Source: Burkholderiales bacterium (GTDB taxonomy: Bacteria; Pseudomonadota; Gammaproteobacteria; Burkholderiales; SG8-39). Taken from it: a stretch of 64,000 nt of DNA. A model generated the notes under the pieces. That model had not been told where the DNA came from and did not search any database. It worked only from the letters and a program-made list of their open reading frames with translations. The stretch is taken from the NCBI GenBank assembly GCA_035632415.1, contig DASQGW010000153.1, positions 4,821-68,820 on the forward strand. Direction: 5' to 3'. Positions 38,471 to 48,217 of the stretch are shown here, one piece after another. The position numbers and the translations under genes were made by a program. Numbering within the stretch: position 1 is the stretch's first letter; every line of letters starts with the position of its first letter.

Positions 38471-40111
38471 ATGGCAGCATCGATTTTCGATCACAATCTC
38501 GAAAAGAATCCCGCCAACTACGCGCCCCTGACGCCGCTCTCGTTCCTCGAGCGCGCCGCCTATGTGTATCCGCAGCGCACCTCCGTGATCCACGGGGCCG
38601 AGCGCTATACCTGGAGTGAGACTTACCGGCGTTGCCGCCGGCTGGCCTCCGCGCTCGCCAGGCGCGGCATCGGGGTCGGGGACACCGTGGCGGTGATGCT
38701 GCCCAATGTTCCGCCGATGTACGAGGCGCATTTCGGCGTGGCGATGACCGGCGCGGTGCTGAACACGCTCAACACGCGGCTCGATGGCGAGGCGATCGCC
38801 TTCATGCTGGAGCATGGCGAGGCTCGCCTTCTCATCACCGACAGGGAATTCTCACCGACGATCGAGGCGGCGCTGAAGCTCGTGAAGCGCAAGATCACCG
38901 TCGTCGACGCGGAGGATGCGCAGTTCACCGGCGGGAAGCGGCTCGGCGAGATCACTTACGAGCAGCTCCTGGCCGAGGGTGATCCGCAGTACGCGTGGCG
39001 GTGGCCGGCGGACGAGTGGGATGCGATTTCGCTCAACTACACCTCGGGCACCACGGGCAACCCGAAGGGCGTCGTCTATCACCACCGTGGCGCCTATCTG
39101 AATGGCGTCGGCAACATCCTCGTCTGGGGCATGCCGCATCATTCGGTCTACCTCTGGACGCTGCCGATGTTCCACTGCAACGGCTGGTGCTTCCCGTGGA
39201 CGATGGCGGCGAACGCCGGCACGAATGTCTGCCTGCGCAAGGTCGAGCCGGCGGCAATCTTCAAGCTCGTCCGGGAGCATCGCGTCACGCACTATTGCGG
39301 CGCGCCGATCGTGCACCAGACGCTGATCAACGCGCCCGACGAGATGAAGCGGGGCATCGAGCACAAGGTGAGCGCCCTCGTCGCGGCCGCGGCACCGCCC
39401 GCGGCGATGATCGAGGGCATGGCGAAGATGGGCTTCGACATCACGCATGTCTATGGGCTCACGGAAACCTACGGTCCGGCGACCGTATGCGCACGCCACT
39501 CGGAGTGGGAAGCGATGCCGCTCGCCGAGCAGGTGCGCCTCAATGGCCGCCAGGGCGTGCGCTACACGGTGGAAGAAGGGCTCACCGTGATGGACTCCGA
39601 GACCCTGAAGCCCGTGCCCCCCGATGGCGAGACGATGGGCGAGATCATGTTCCGCGGCAACATCACGATGAAAGGCTATCTCAAGAACAAGAAGGCGACC
39701 GAGGAGGCCTTCGCCGGCGGCTGGTTCCATTCCGGCGACCTCGCGGTGATGCAGCCCGACGGCTACGTCAAGATCCGCGACCGATCGAAGGACGTGATCA
39801 TTTCCGGCGGCGAGAACATTTCATCGCTCGAGGTCGAGGACGTGCTGTACCGCCATCCGGCGGTGCTGGCCGCTGCCGTGGTGGCAAAGCCCGATGCCAA
39901 ATGGGGCGAGACGCCCTGCGCTTTCGTCGAGCTCAAGCCGAACGCAGCCGTGACCGAGCAGGAGCTGATCGAGTTCTGCCGCGGGCAGCTCGCCCGGTTC
40001 AAGGCGCCGCGGGCGGTGGTATTCGGCGAGCTGCCCAAGACTTCGACCGGCAAGATCCAGAAGTTCGTGCTGCGCGACAAGGCGAAATCGGCCACGGCGA
40101 TCGATACATGA
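38471..40111 (+). CDS. acyl-CoA synthetase (AMP-forming, medium-chain/DmdB-like)
   Basis: In-frame ATG at 38471 within track ORF 37787..40111. AMP-binding motif YTSGTTGNPKGV, GLTETYGP, SGDLAV...DRSKD, TSTGKIQK. Confidence 0.9.
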   Translation: MAASIFDHNLEKNPANYAPLTPLSFLERAAYVYPQRTSVIHGAERYTWSETYRRCRRLASALARRGIGVGDTVAVMLPNVPPMYEAHFGVAMTGAVLNTLNTRLDGEAIAFMLEHGEARLLITDREFSPTIEAALKLVKRKITVVDAEDAQFTGGKRLGEITYEQLLAEGDPQYAWRWPADEWDAISLNYTSGTTGNPKGVVYHHRGAYLNGVGNILVWGMPHHSVYLWTLPMFHCNGWCFPWTMAANAGTNVCLRKVEPAAIFKLVREHRVTHYCGAPIVHQTLINAPDEMKRGIEHKVSALVAAAAPPAAMIEGMAKMGFDITHVYGLTETYGPATVCARHSEWEAMPLAEQVRLNGRQGVRYTVEEGLTVMDSETLKPVPPDGETMGEIMFRGNITMKGYLKNKKATEEAFAGGWFHSGDLAVMQPDGYVKIRDRSKDVIISGGENISSLEVEDVLYRHPAVLAAAVVAKPDAKWGETPCAFVELKPNAAVTEQELIEFCRGQLARFKAPRAVVFGELPKTSTGKIQKFVLRDKAKSATAIDT

Positions 40112-40899
40112 GTGCCATACCCAGATCCGACGAATCCATTCTCTTGCGGACCGACCGCGACGGGATCTGCACGCTGGTGATGAACCGGCCGCAGCAGATG
40201 AACCTGCTGACGGGCGAGATGCTCGAAGCGCTGCAGGAAGCCTTCGAAGCGATCGCCCAGGACCCGCGCGTCCGCGTGGTCGTGCTCGGAGCACAGGGCA
40301 GGGGATTCTGCGCCGGGCACGACATCAAGGAGATCCGCGCGCTGAAGGATCAGCCGAAGATCGAGGAGCTCTTCGCGAAATGCAGCCGCATGATGCAGAC
40401 CATCACGGCGCTGCCGCAGCCGGTGATCGCGCGCGTGCAGGGCGCGGCCGCGGCCGCGGGCTGCCAGCTTGTCGCGCAATGCGATCTCGCCATCGCCTCG
40501 GAGGTCGCGAAGTTCACCACGCCGGGCGTGACGTGGGGGTTCTTCTGCTCCACGCCAGGGGTCGCGGTCGGCCGCAACCTCTCGCGCAAGCGGGCGATGG
40601 AAATGCTGCTCACCGGGGATGTCATCGATGCGCAGAAAGGGCTCGAATGGGGCCTCGTGAACAAGGTGGTGCCGGCCGCGGAGCTCGAAGCGGCGACGAT
40701 CGCGCTCGCGACGAAGATCGCCGAAAAGCCGCCGGTCACGGTCGCCACCGGGAAGCGCGCGTTCTACGAGCAGATGGAGCTCGGCGCGGCCAAGGCCTAT
40801 GAGCTTGCCTCGTGCGCCATCTCGGCGAGCTTCGCCCACGAGGAAGGCCGGCAGGGTATGGAAGCTTTCCTTGAGAAAAGGCAACCGCCCAAGCACTGA
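40108..40899 (+). CDS. enoyl-CoA hydratase/isomerase family protein
   Basis: In-frame ATG at 40108 (ATGA overlap) within track ORF 38995..40899. Crotonase motifs GRGFCAGHDIKE and ARVQGAAAAAGCQL. Confidence 0.88.
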   Translation: MSAIPRSDESILLRTDRDGICTLVMNRPQQMNLLTGEMLEALQEAFEAIAQDPRVRVVVLGAQGRGFCAGHDIKEIRALKDQPKIEELFAKCSRMMQTITALPQPVIARVQGAAAAAGCQLVAQCDLAIASEVAKFTTPGVTWGFFCSTPGVAVGRNLSRKRAMEMLLTGDVIDAQKGLEWGLVNKVVPAAELEAATIALATKIAEKPPVTVATGKRAFYEQMELGAAKAYELASCAISASFAHEEGRQGMEAFLEKRQPPKH

Positions 40900-40949
40900 A
40901 GCGGTCTAGTATCGGCCTCTGCGCTGCGCCGCAGCAAAGAGGAGGGCGG

Positions 40950-41705
40950 TTGGCCGAGGAGACGATCCTAGAAACGCGAGACCTGACGAAGGAGTTCAAG
41001 GGCTTCGTCGCCGTCAAAGACGTGTCCCTCAAGGTCCGGCGCGGCAGCATCCATGCGCTGATCGGCCCGAACGGCGCGGGCAAGACCACCTGCTTCAACC
41101 TGCTGACGCATTTCCTCGCGCCGACGCGGGGCCAGATCTTCTACAACGGCCGGGAAATCACCGGCTCGAGCCCATCGAGCATCGTGCGCATGGGCCTCGT
41201 GCGCTCGTTCCAGATCTCGGCGGTGTTTCCGCACCTCACTGTCCTCGAGAACGTGCGCATCGCGCTGCAAAGGAAGCGCGGTCATTCGTTCGACTTCTGG
41301 CGCTCGCATGAGGTGCTCGACGGGCTGAACGGTCCGGCACGGGAGCTGATCGATGCCGTCGGCCTGTCCGAGTTCGAATCCACGGTGGCAGTCGAGCTGC
41401 CGTACGGGCGCAAGCGTGCGCTCGAGATCGCCACGACGCTCGCGCTCGACCCCGAGATGATGCTGCTCGACGAGCCGACCGCCGGCATGACGCACACCGA
41501 CGTCGAGCGCATCACGGCGCTCGTGAAGCGCGTCGCCGCCAATCGGACCGTGCTGATGGTCGAGCACAACCTGTCCGTCGTTTCGACGCTTTCCGATCGC
41601 ATCACCGTCCTCCAGCGCGGCGAAATCCTGGCGGAAGGCGACTACCAGACCGTCTCGAAGGACTCTCGTGTGGTCGAGGCGTACCTGGGGGCGGGGCATG
41701 GCTAA
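40950..41705 (+). CDS. ABC transporter ATP-binding protein (LivG-like)
   Basis: TTG start; Walker [10 protein letters not shown]; signature LPYGRKRALE; Walker B MLLDEP. Confidence 0.9.
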   Translation: MAEETILETRDLTKEFKGFVAVKDVSLKVRRGSIHALIGPNGAGKTTCFNLLTHFLAPTRGQIFYNGREITGSSPSSIVRMGLVRSFQISAVFPHLTVLENVRIALQRKRGHSFDFWRSHEVLDGLNGPARELIDAVGLSEFESTVAVELPYGRKRALEIATTLALDPEMMLLDEPTAGMTHTDVERITALVKRVAANRTVLMVEHNLSVVSTLSDRITVLQRGEILAEGDYQTVSKDSRVVEAYLGAGHG

Positions 41706-42399
41706 CCTCCTCGAGGCCCGGGGCCTCAACGCCTGGTACGGCGAATCGCACATCCTGCACGGCATGGACTTCGACGTCGCCGAAGGCGAGCTGGTCACGC
41801 TGCTCGGGCGCAACGGCGCCGGCAAGACCACGACGCTGAAGTCGATCATGGGCATGGTCGGGCGCCGCTCCGGCTCGATCCGCTTTCGCGGCGCAGAGCT
41901 CATCGCGGCACCGTCGAACCGCGTCGCGCGCGCGGGGATCGCATTCTGCCCGGAAGAGCGCGGCATCTTTGCGAGCCTCGACGTGGAGGAGAACCTGCTG
42001 CTTCCGCCGCAGGTCGCGCCGGGCGGGCTGCCGCTCGCGCAGATCTTCGAGCTGTTCCCGAACTTGAGGGAGCGGCTGCGCAGCCAGGGGACCAAGCTCT
42101 CGGGCGGAGAGCAGCAGATGCTCGCCATCGGCCGCATCCTGCGCACCGGCGCGCGCATGTTGCTGCTCGATGAGCCGACCGAAGGCCTCGCGCCGGTGAT
42201 CGTGCAGCAGATCGGCCGCACGCTCGAGCGGCTCAAGCGCGAGGGCTTCACCATCCTGCTGGTCGAGCAGAACTTCCGCTTCGCGCAGAAGCTCGCCGAT
42301 CGTCATTACATCGTGGAGCACGGCAAGGTGGTCGAGTCCATCGCCGGGCGGGACCTCGAAAGCCACATGGAGCGCGTCCACGAATATCTCGGTGTCTGA
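41698..42399 (+). CDS. ABC transporter ATP-binding protein (LivF-like)
   Basis: ATG at 41698 (MANLLEARGL) within track ORF 41668..42399. Walker A GRNGAGKTT; signature LSGGEQQML. Confidence 0.9.
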   Translation: MANLLEARGLNAWYGESHILHGMDFDVAEGELVTLLGRNGAGKTTTLKSIMGMVGRRSGSIRFRGAELIAAPSNRVARAGIAFCPEERGIFASLDVEENLLLPPQVAPGGLPLAQIFELFPNLRERLRSQGTKLSGGEQQMLAIGRILRTGARMLLLDEPTEGLAPVIVQQIGRTLERLKREGFTILLVEQNFRFAQKLADRHYIVEHGKVVESIAGRDLESHMERVHEYLGV

Positions 42400-42433
42400 A
42401 CCTTTCAACCTGGTCAAGTGAATGGAGGAAGCG

Positions 42434-43645
42434 ATGTCTAAGTGGAAGAAATTGAGTGCAGCGGTTGCGTTGGCGCTTTGCGCCGGGGGAGTGCAAGCCC
42501 AGATCTCGGGCGGCGTCGTCAAGATCGGCGTGCTGAACGACATGTCGAGCCTGTACGCCGACATCGGCGGTCCGGGATCGGTGGCCGCGGCCAAGATGGC
42601 GGTCGAAGACTTCCTGAAGAGCTCGAAATCGGGCCTCAAGGTGGAGGTGGTGTTTGCCGACCACCAGAACAAGCCCGACGTCGGCTCGCAGATCGCGCGC
42701 CAGTGGTACGACGTGGACGGCGTGGATGCCATTTTCGACGTGCCGAACTCCGGCGTCGCCCTCGCCATCAACCAGATCACCAAGGACAAGGGCAAGGCCT
42801 TCATCAACACGGGTGCGGCAAGCTCGGACCTCACGGGCAAGGCGTGCTCGCCGAACACCGTGCACTGGCTCTACGACACCTGGATGCTCGCGCACGGCAC
42901 CGGCGGAGCGATGGTGAAGACGGGCGGTGACACCTGGTTCTTCCTCACGGCCGACTATGCGTTCGGCCATGCGCTCGAGCGCGACACTGCCGAGGTCGTG
43001 AAGGCGAACGGCGGCAAGGTGCTCGGCGCGGTGCGCCATCCGCTGAACACGCAGGATTTCTCGTCCTTCCTGCTGCAGGCGCAATCGTCGAAGGCGAAGG
43101 TGATCGGGCTCGCCAATGCCGGCGGTGACACGGTCAATTCGATCAAGCAGGCGTCCGAGTTCGGCATCACCAAAGGCGGCCAGCAGCTCGCGGGCCTGCT
43201 CGTGTTCCTCACCGACGTGCATGGCCTCGGGCTCGAGAAGGCGCAGGGGCTTGTGCTTACGGAGACCTTCTACTGGGACATGAACGACGGCACGCGCGCC
43301 TGGGCGAAGCGCTTCGCGCCTCTCAACAAGGGCCAGTACCCGAGCATGGACCATGCGGGCGTCTACGCCGCGGTGTTGCACTACCTGAAGGCGGTTGCCT
43401 CCGCGAAGACGGACGACGGCACGAAGGTGATTGCCGAAATGAAGAGGCTGCCGACCGATGATCCGCTCTTTGGCAAGGGGCGCGTGCGCCAGGACGGCCG
43501 CAAGATCCACCCGGCTTATCTCTTCGAGGTGAAGAAGCCTTCCGAGTCGAAGTACGCGTACGACTACTACAAGCTGCGCGCCACCATCCCGGCCGAGCAG
43601 GCGTTCCGGCCCGAGAAGGAAGGCGGCTGCGACCTGGTGAAGTAA
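42434..43645 (+). CDS. ABC transporter substrate-binding protein (LivK/amide-type, periplasmic)
   Basis: ATG at 42434 (MSKWKKLSAAVALALCAGGVQAQ signal) within track ORF 42422..43645. Type I periplasmic-binding-fold pattern VKIGVLNDMSSLYADIGG. Confidence 0.88.
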   Translation: MSKWKKLSAAVALALCAGGVQAQISGGVVKIGVLNDMSSLYADIGGPGSVAAAKMAVEDFLKSSKSGLKVEVVFADHQNKPDVGSQIARQWYDVDGVDAIFDVPNSGVALAINQITKDKGKAFINTGAASSDLTGKACSPNTVHWLYDTWMLAHGTGGAMVKTGGDTWFFLTADYAFGHALERDTAEVVKANGGKVLGAVRHPLNTQDFSSFLLQAQSSKAKVIGLANAGGDTVNSIKQASEFGITKGGQQLAGLLVFLTDVHGLGLEKAQGLVLTETFYWDMNDGTRAWAKRFAPLNKGQYPSMDHAGVYAAVLHYLKAVASAKTDDGTKVIAEMKRLPTDDPLFGKGRVRQDGRKIHPAYLFEVKKPSESKYAYDYYKLRATIPAEQAFRPEKEGGCDLVK

Positions 43646-43654
43646 GCAGTCGAA

Positions 43655-44539
43655 ATGCCCGAGATCTTCGGCATCCCCACGGCGGCGCTCTTCGGCCAGC
43701 TTCTGATCGGGCTGATCAACGGCTCGTTCTACGCGCTGCTGTCGCTCGGCCTCGCCGTGATCTTCGGGCTGCTCAACATCATCAACTTCACCCATGGCGC
43801 CCAGTACATGCTGGGCGCCTTCACCGCCTATCTGCTCTTGAACAAACTGGGCATCGGCTATTGGCCCTCGCTCCTGATCGCGCCGGTGGTGGTCGGTATC
43901 ACCGGCGTGATCATCGAGCGATTCATGCTCAAGCACCTCTACAAGCTCGACCACCTGTACGGGCTGCTGCTCACCTTCGGCCTCGCGCTCATCATCCAGG
44001 GGGTGTTCCGCAACGAGTACGGCTCTTCCGGACAGCCTTATCCGATTCCCGAGCAGCTTTCGGGCGGCCATAACCTCGGCTTCATGTTCCTGCCGAACTA
44101 TCGCGCCTGGGTCATCGTCGCGTCGCTCGTCGTCTGCTTCGCCACCTGGTTCGCGATCGAGAAGACCAAGCTTGGCTCGTATCTTCGCGCGGCGACCGAG
44201 AACCCGGCGCTCGTCCAGGCCTTCGGCATCAACGTGCCCCGGATGATCACGATCACCTACGGCTTCGGCGTGGGGCTCGCCGCGTTCGCCGGAGTGATGG
44301 CCGGGCCGATCTACCAGGTGAGCCCGCAGATGGGGGCCGACCTGATCATCGTCGTGTTTGCGGTGGTGGTGATCGGCGGCATGGGCTCGATCATGGGATC
44401 GATCGTCACCGGCTTCGGCCTCGGCGTCATCGAGGGCTTTACCAAGGTCTTCTACCCGGAGGCTTCGAATACCGTGATCTTCATCATCATGGCCATCGTC
44501 CTGATGATCAAGCCCGCGGGCCTGTTCGGTCAGAGATGA
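43655..44539 (+). CDS. branched-chain amino acid-type ABC permease (LivH-like)
   Basis: 294 aa, polytopic; GLINGSFYALLSLGLAVIFG and INFTHGA motifs. Confidence 0.9.
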   Translation: MPEIFGIPTAALFGQLLIGLINGSFYALLSLGLAVIFGLLNIINFTHGAQYMLGAFTAYLLLNKLGIGYWPSLLIAPVVVGITGVIIERFMLKHLYKLDHLYGLLLTFGLALIIQGVFRNEYGSSGQPYPIPEQLSGGHNLGFMFLPNYRAWVIVASLVVCFATWFAIEKTKLGSYLRAATENPALVQAFGINVPRMITITYGFGVGLAAFAGVMAGPIYQVSPQMGADLIIVVFAVVVIGGMGSIMGSIVTGFGLGVIEGFTKVFYPEASNTVIFIIMAIVLMIKPAGLFGQR

Positions 44540-44552
44540 GCGGCGCCCGTCA

Positions 44553-45473
44553 ATGAAGCATCACCGCATCGCTTTCCTCGTGATGGTGGCCGTGTTCGTG
44601 CTTGCGCCGCTCGCGATGTACCCGGTGTTCCTGATGAAGGTGATGTGCTTCGCGCTCTTCGCCTGCGCATTCAACCTGCTCATCGGCTACGGCGGCCTGC
44701 TTTCCTTCGGCCATGCCATGTTCCTCGGTACCGCCGGCTACGCCTCGGCGCATTCGGCGAAGCTCTGGGGCTTTGCGCCCGAGTTCGCGATCCTCTTCGG
44801 CACCGCCGCCGCGGCGCTCCTCGGCATCGCCACCGGGCTGATCGCGATCCGTCGCCAGGGCATCTACTTCGCCATGATCACGCTCGCGCTCGCGCAGATG
44901 ATCTTCTTCTTCTACCTGCAGGCGAAGTTCACGGGCGGCGAGGACGGCATCCAGGCCGTGCCGCGAGGGCGCCTGTTCGGCCTTGTCGACCTGTCGAATA
45001 TCTGGGCGATGTACGCGACGGTGTTTGCCGTCTTCGTGGGCGGTTTCCTGATCATCTACCGGGTGATCCACTCGCCCTTCGGCCAGGTGCTGCAGGCGAT
45101 TCGCGAGAACGAGGCCCGCGCGACCTCGCTGGGCTACGACACGGCGCGCTACAAGCTGCTCGCCTACGTGCTCTCTGCCACACTCGCCGGGCTCGCCGGG
45201 GCGACGAAGGCGATCGTCTTCCAGCTCGCTTCGCTCACCGACGTGCACTGGTCGATGTCGGGCGAAGTGGTGTTGATGACCCTCCTCGGCGGCCTTGGCA
45301 CCGTGTTCGGTCCCGTGGTGGGCGCGCTCGCCGTCGTCTCGATGGAGAACTACCTCGCGCAGCTCGGTGCGTGGGTCACCGTCGTGCAGGGCGTCATCTT
45401 CGTGATCTGCGTGCTCGCCTTCCGCCGGGGCATCATCGGCGAGCTCGCGCGGCTAATAAAGAAACCGCTCTGA
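44553..45473 (+). CDS. branched-chain amino acid-type ABC permease (LivM-like)
   Basis: 306 aa, polytopic; NLLIGYGGLLSFGHAMFLGTAGY motif. Confidence 0.9.
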   Translation: MKHHRIAFLVMVAVFVLAPLAMYPVFLMKVMCFALFACAFNLLIGYGGLLSFGHAMFLGTAGYASAHSAKLWGFAPEFAILFGTAAAALLGIATGLIAIRRQGIYFAMITLALAQMIFFFYLQAKFTGGEDGIQAVPRGRLFGLVDLSNIWAMYATVFAVFVGGFLIIYRVIHSPFGQVLQAIRENEARATSLGYDTARYKLLAYVLSATLAGLAGATKAIVFQLASLTDVHWSMSGEVVLMTLLGGLGTVFGPVVGALAVVSMENYLAQLGAWVTVVQGVIFVICVLAFRRGIIGELARLIKKPL

Positions 45474-45837
45474 GCGCCTCGAGCAAGCTGCCGCGGTAAT
45501 ACCAGACGAGCCCGCACATCGCATACAGGGAGAGCGAAGCGGGGAAGTTCGCTTCGCGCATCAAGTCCAGCGCGATGGGGTTCTTGAAGCGCCAGTAGAG
45601 CCAGTAGCAGCCGTCGACGCTGAACCAAGTCGCGAAAAGCATGAGCGGCCACCAGCGCCATCGGCGCTCGACAATCACCCGCAGGCTCCATGGCGCCGTG
45701 AGGTAGGCAAAGAACGCCATGATCAGGCTGATCGGGATGTCCCAGTCTGGCGCGGGCGTGAAGTAAGAGCCAGCGATGAGTAATGCGACGCCGATGCCGA
45801 GCGTCGCTAGCTTCCAGGGCCGCAGATACTCCCGCAT
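45433..45837 (-). CDS. hypothetical small membrane protein (134 aa)
   Basis: Internal ATG at 45837 (MREYLRPWKLATLGIGVALLIAGSYF) of track ORF 45433..46344. 3-4 hydrophobic, Trp-rich segments. ATGA overlap with the upstream SDR stop. 3' end overlaps the convergent LivM-like gene by 41 nt. Confidence 0.55.
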   Translation of the reverse strand: MREYLRPWKLATLGIGVALLIAGSYFTPAPDWDIPISLIMAFFAYLTAPWSLRVIVERRWRWWPLMLFATWFSVDGCYWLYWRFKNPIALDLMREANFPASLSLYAMCGLVWYYRGSLLEALRAVSLLAARARR

Positions 45838-46565
45838 CAGGCGCCGAGGTTGAGCACGACCCCCGACAGCTGGCCGGCGCGAGCCGAGGCGAGGAAGCAG
45901 ACCGTGTCGCCGACCTGCTCGGGCTCGATGACGCTGCCCATCAGCTCCGCGTAGCGGCTTTCGTCGCCGAACTTCATCTTCGCCTGGGTCTTCATCAGGG
46001 TGATGATCCGGTCGGTCCTGGTGGACGGCGGATGCACGCCGACGACGCGCACGCCGTTCTGCGCATACCCACGCCCCAGGGCCTTGGTGAAGTTGGCCAG
46101 GCCTGCATTGGCGGTGGCGCCGCAGATGTACTCGAAGCTGCCGTGCTCGCCCGCCATGCCGATGACGTTGACGATGACGCCGTCCTTCCGGGCCTTCATC
46201 TTCGGGTAGATCTCGCGCGTGAGGTTGATGAAGCCGAACACCTTGAGCTCCCAGGCATGGCGCCACTTCGCCTCGTCGACCGACTCGATCGTGCCGCCGG
46301 GAATGTCGCCGGCGTTGTTCACCAGGATGTCGACCTCTGCGCATTCCTTGGCGAGGCTGCGCAGGGCCGCGCCGTCTCGTAGGTCGACCGAATGCGTCTT
46401 CACGCTCCCGCCGAGGCCGCGGGCGGCCTGGGCCAGCCGATCCTTGTCCCGCGCGGCAAGGTGCACCGTGCAGCCCTCGGCGACGAAAGCCTTGGCGCAG
46501 GCGAGGCCAATGCCCTTCGAGCCACCGGTGACGAGAACTGATTTACTCTTCAAGCCGAGGTCCAT
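45837..46565 (-). CDS. SDR-family oxidoreductase
   Basis: 242 aa; VLVTGGSKGIGLA cofactor motif and NNAG. Active-site region not clearly canonical by eye. Confidence 0.8.
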   Translation of the reverse strand: MDLGLKSKSVLVTGGSKGIGLACAKAFVAEGCTVHLAARDKDRLAQAARGLGGSVKTHSVDLRDGAALRSLAKECAEVDILVNNAGDIPGGTIESVDEAKWRHAWELKVFGFINLTREIYPKMKARKDGVIVNVIGMAGEHGSFEYICGATANAGLANFTKALGRGYAQNGVRVVGVHPPSTRTDRIITLMKTQAKMKFGDESRYAELMGSVIEPEQVGDTVCFLASARAGQLSGVVLNLGA

Positions 46566-46591
46566 TCGTTTGTCCCTAAAGGAGAGAGTTG

Positions 46592-46885
46592 ATGCCGGCC
46601 TATATCATCGCAATGGTCAACATAAAAGACCCGCAGAAATACCAGGAATATGCGAAACGGGCGGGTCCCGCCAATGCGAAACACGGCAGCCGCTTCCTGG
46701 TGCGGGGCGGCAAGAAGACCACGCTCGAAGGCGACATTCCCTTCGAGCGCATCGTCGTCAGCGAATTTCCCGACGTGGAAAGCGCGAAGAAGTTCTATGA
46801 CTCGCCCGAGTACCAGGACGCCCGCAAGCACCGCCTGGGCGCCGCCGACTTCCACATGGTCATCGTCGAGGGCGCGCAGCCTTGA
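46592..46885 (+). CDS. DUF1330 domain protein
   Basis: ATG at 46592 (track ORF begins at TTG 46589), preceded by an AAAGGAGAG Shine-Dalgarno. MPAYIIAMVNIKDPQKYQEY...FPDVESAKKFYDSPEYQ is characteristic of DUF1330. Confidence 0.8.
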   Translation: MPAYIIAMVNIKDPQKYQEYAKRAGPANAKHGSRFLVRGGKKTTLEGDIPFERIVVSEFPDVESAKKFYDSPEYQDARKHRLGAADFHMVIVEGAQP

Positions 46886-46917
46886 GGCGGTATTCCTCAG
46901 TTAGGCGTTACCGCCTC
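46884..46917. terminator. hairpin between convergent genes (putative bidirectional terminator)
   Basis: GAGGCGGTA (46884-46892) pairs with TACCGCCTC (46909-46917), 16-nt loop. It fills the 36-bp gap between the DUF1330 stop and the flavoprotein stop. No strong U-tract. Confidence 0.4.
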
Positions 46918-46921
46918 TTAG

Positions 46922-48217
46922 CTAGGGTCGGGCTGGAGCGTTCTTAGCAGCCGAAGTGCCGGCGATCCGCCCGAGCGCGACGGCGCAGAGCAGCCCGTTG
47001 CCCGAGAGATAGCCCCACACATGCGCGCCCGAGACGCCGCGCGCCGCGCCGCCGCCCGCGAACACGTTCGGCAGCGGCAGCACGCGCGCCGACTCGTCTA
47101 TGACCAGACCGCCTTGCGTGTGGAAGAGGGCGCCGGTGACCTTGATGCCGTAGTACGGCGCGACAAGCTTCGGCTTCGTCGTGAAGTCGCGGCCAAAGGG
47201 GTCGCGCCCCTTGCCTTCGGCGAAGCGCTCAACCCGACGCAGCGTCTCCCCCAGCTTCGGCAGCTCGTGTGCCGGGCGCACCGCGCCGGCGGCCTGCGCA
47301 TCGCGATAGTCGGGAAAGGTCATGCCGAGCTCGTGCAGTCGCTGGTCGTAGATGCACCAGGCGATGCCGCCAGGCTGGCGAATCACCGGGAGGCATTGCT
47401 CGGAGTAGCCGAGGTGCTCGTTCGAGAAGCGTTCGCCGTTCTCGTTGACCTGGATGCCGCCCTCGGTCATCAGCGCCCACGTAATCAGCACGCCATGCGG
47501 CGTCGCGACGGAGCCGTGGCCCTGGTAGGCGCTCATGTCCGCAACCGACGCGCCGATCGCAGTGCCCCATCTCATGGCGTCGCCCTGGTTGCCGACGTGC
47601 CCGAAGAAGAGCGCCGAGGAAATGTCCGGCAGGTAGCGTGCCACCATCTCCTTGTTGCCGCCGAAGCCCGAGCAGGCAAGGACGAGCGCCCCGTACTCCA
47701 CTTCCTCGAAGCTTCCGTCCGGCCGCTCGAACCGCACGCGCTCGCGATCGACGTCGGTGACGCGGGCGGAGGTCAGGATGTCCACCTCCGAGCACGCGCG
47801 CAGCAACGCCGCCATCAGCGCTTCGCCCGTCTTCTCCTGCAGCGCATGCATGCGCAGCACGCGGTGCCCGGGGTAGGTGAAGCCCTGAAGCACGTCGAAG
47901 CGCAGGCCATGGCAATCGTCCAGCCACTCGAGCGTCGGCCCAATGCTGCGCGTGACGCTGTCGACGATGCGCGGATCGGCTTCGCCGTGGTTCTTGCGCC
48001 GCACGTCGGCCGCGAAGAGCTCCGGCGAATCGTCGATGCCGGCGGCGCGCTGGTAACGCGTGCCGGCGGCGGGAATGAAACCGGAGGAGAGCGCCGTCGA
48101 GCCGGATGGACTTGCATCGCGCTCCAGGACCAGCACCTCGGCGCCGGCATCGCGCGCCGCCAGCGCGGCGGTGAGGCCGCAAGCGCCGGCGCCGACGATG
48201 ACGACCGGAACCTTCAA
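46922..48217 (-). CDS. FAD-dependent oxidoreductase (fumarate reductase / KstD-type flavoprotein family)
   Basis: 431 aa; VVIVGAGACGLTAALAARDAG dinucleotide fold; GSTALSSGFIPAAG; C-terminal FAGGGAARGVSG. Last gene of the long operon. Confidence 0.8.
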   Translation of the reverse strand: MKVPVVIVGAGACGLTAALAARDAGAEVLVLERDASPSGSTALSSGFIPAAGTRYQRAAGIDDSPELFAADVRRKNHGEADPRIVDSVTRSIGPTLEWLDDCHGLRFDVLQGFTYPGHRVLRMHALQEKTGEALMAALLRACSEVDILTSARVTDVDRERVRFERPDGSFEEVEYGALVLACSGFGGNKEMVARYLPDISSALFFGHVGNQGDAMRWGTAIGASVADMSAYQGHGSVATPHGVLITWALMTEGGIQVNENGERFSNEHLGYSEQCLPVIRQPGGIAWCIYDQRLHELGMTFPDYRDAQAAGAVRPAHELPKLGETLRRVERFAEGKGRDPFGRDFTTKPKLVAPYYGIKVTGALFHTQGGLVIDESARVLPLPNVFAGGGAARGVSGAHVWGYLSGNGLLCAVALGRIAGTSAAKNAPARP

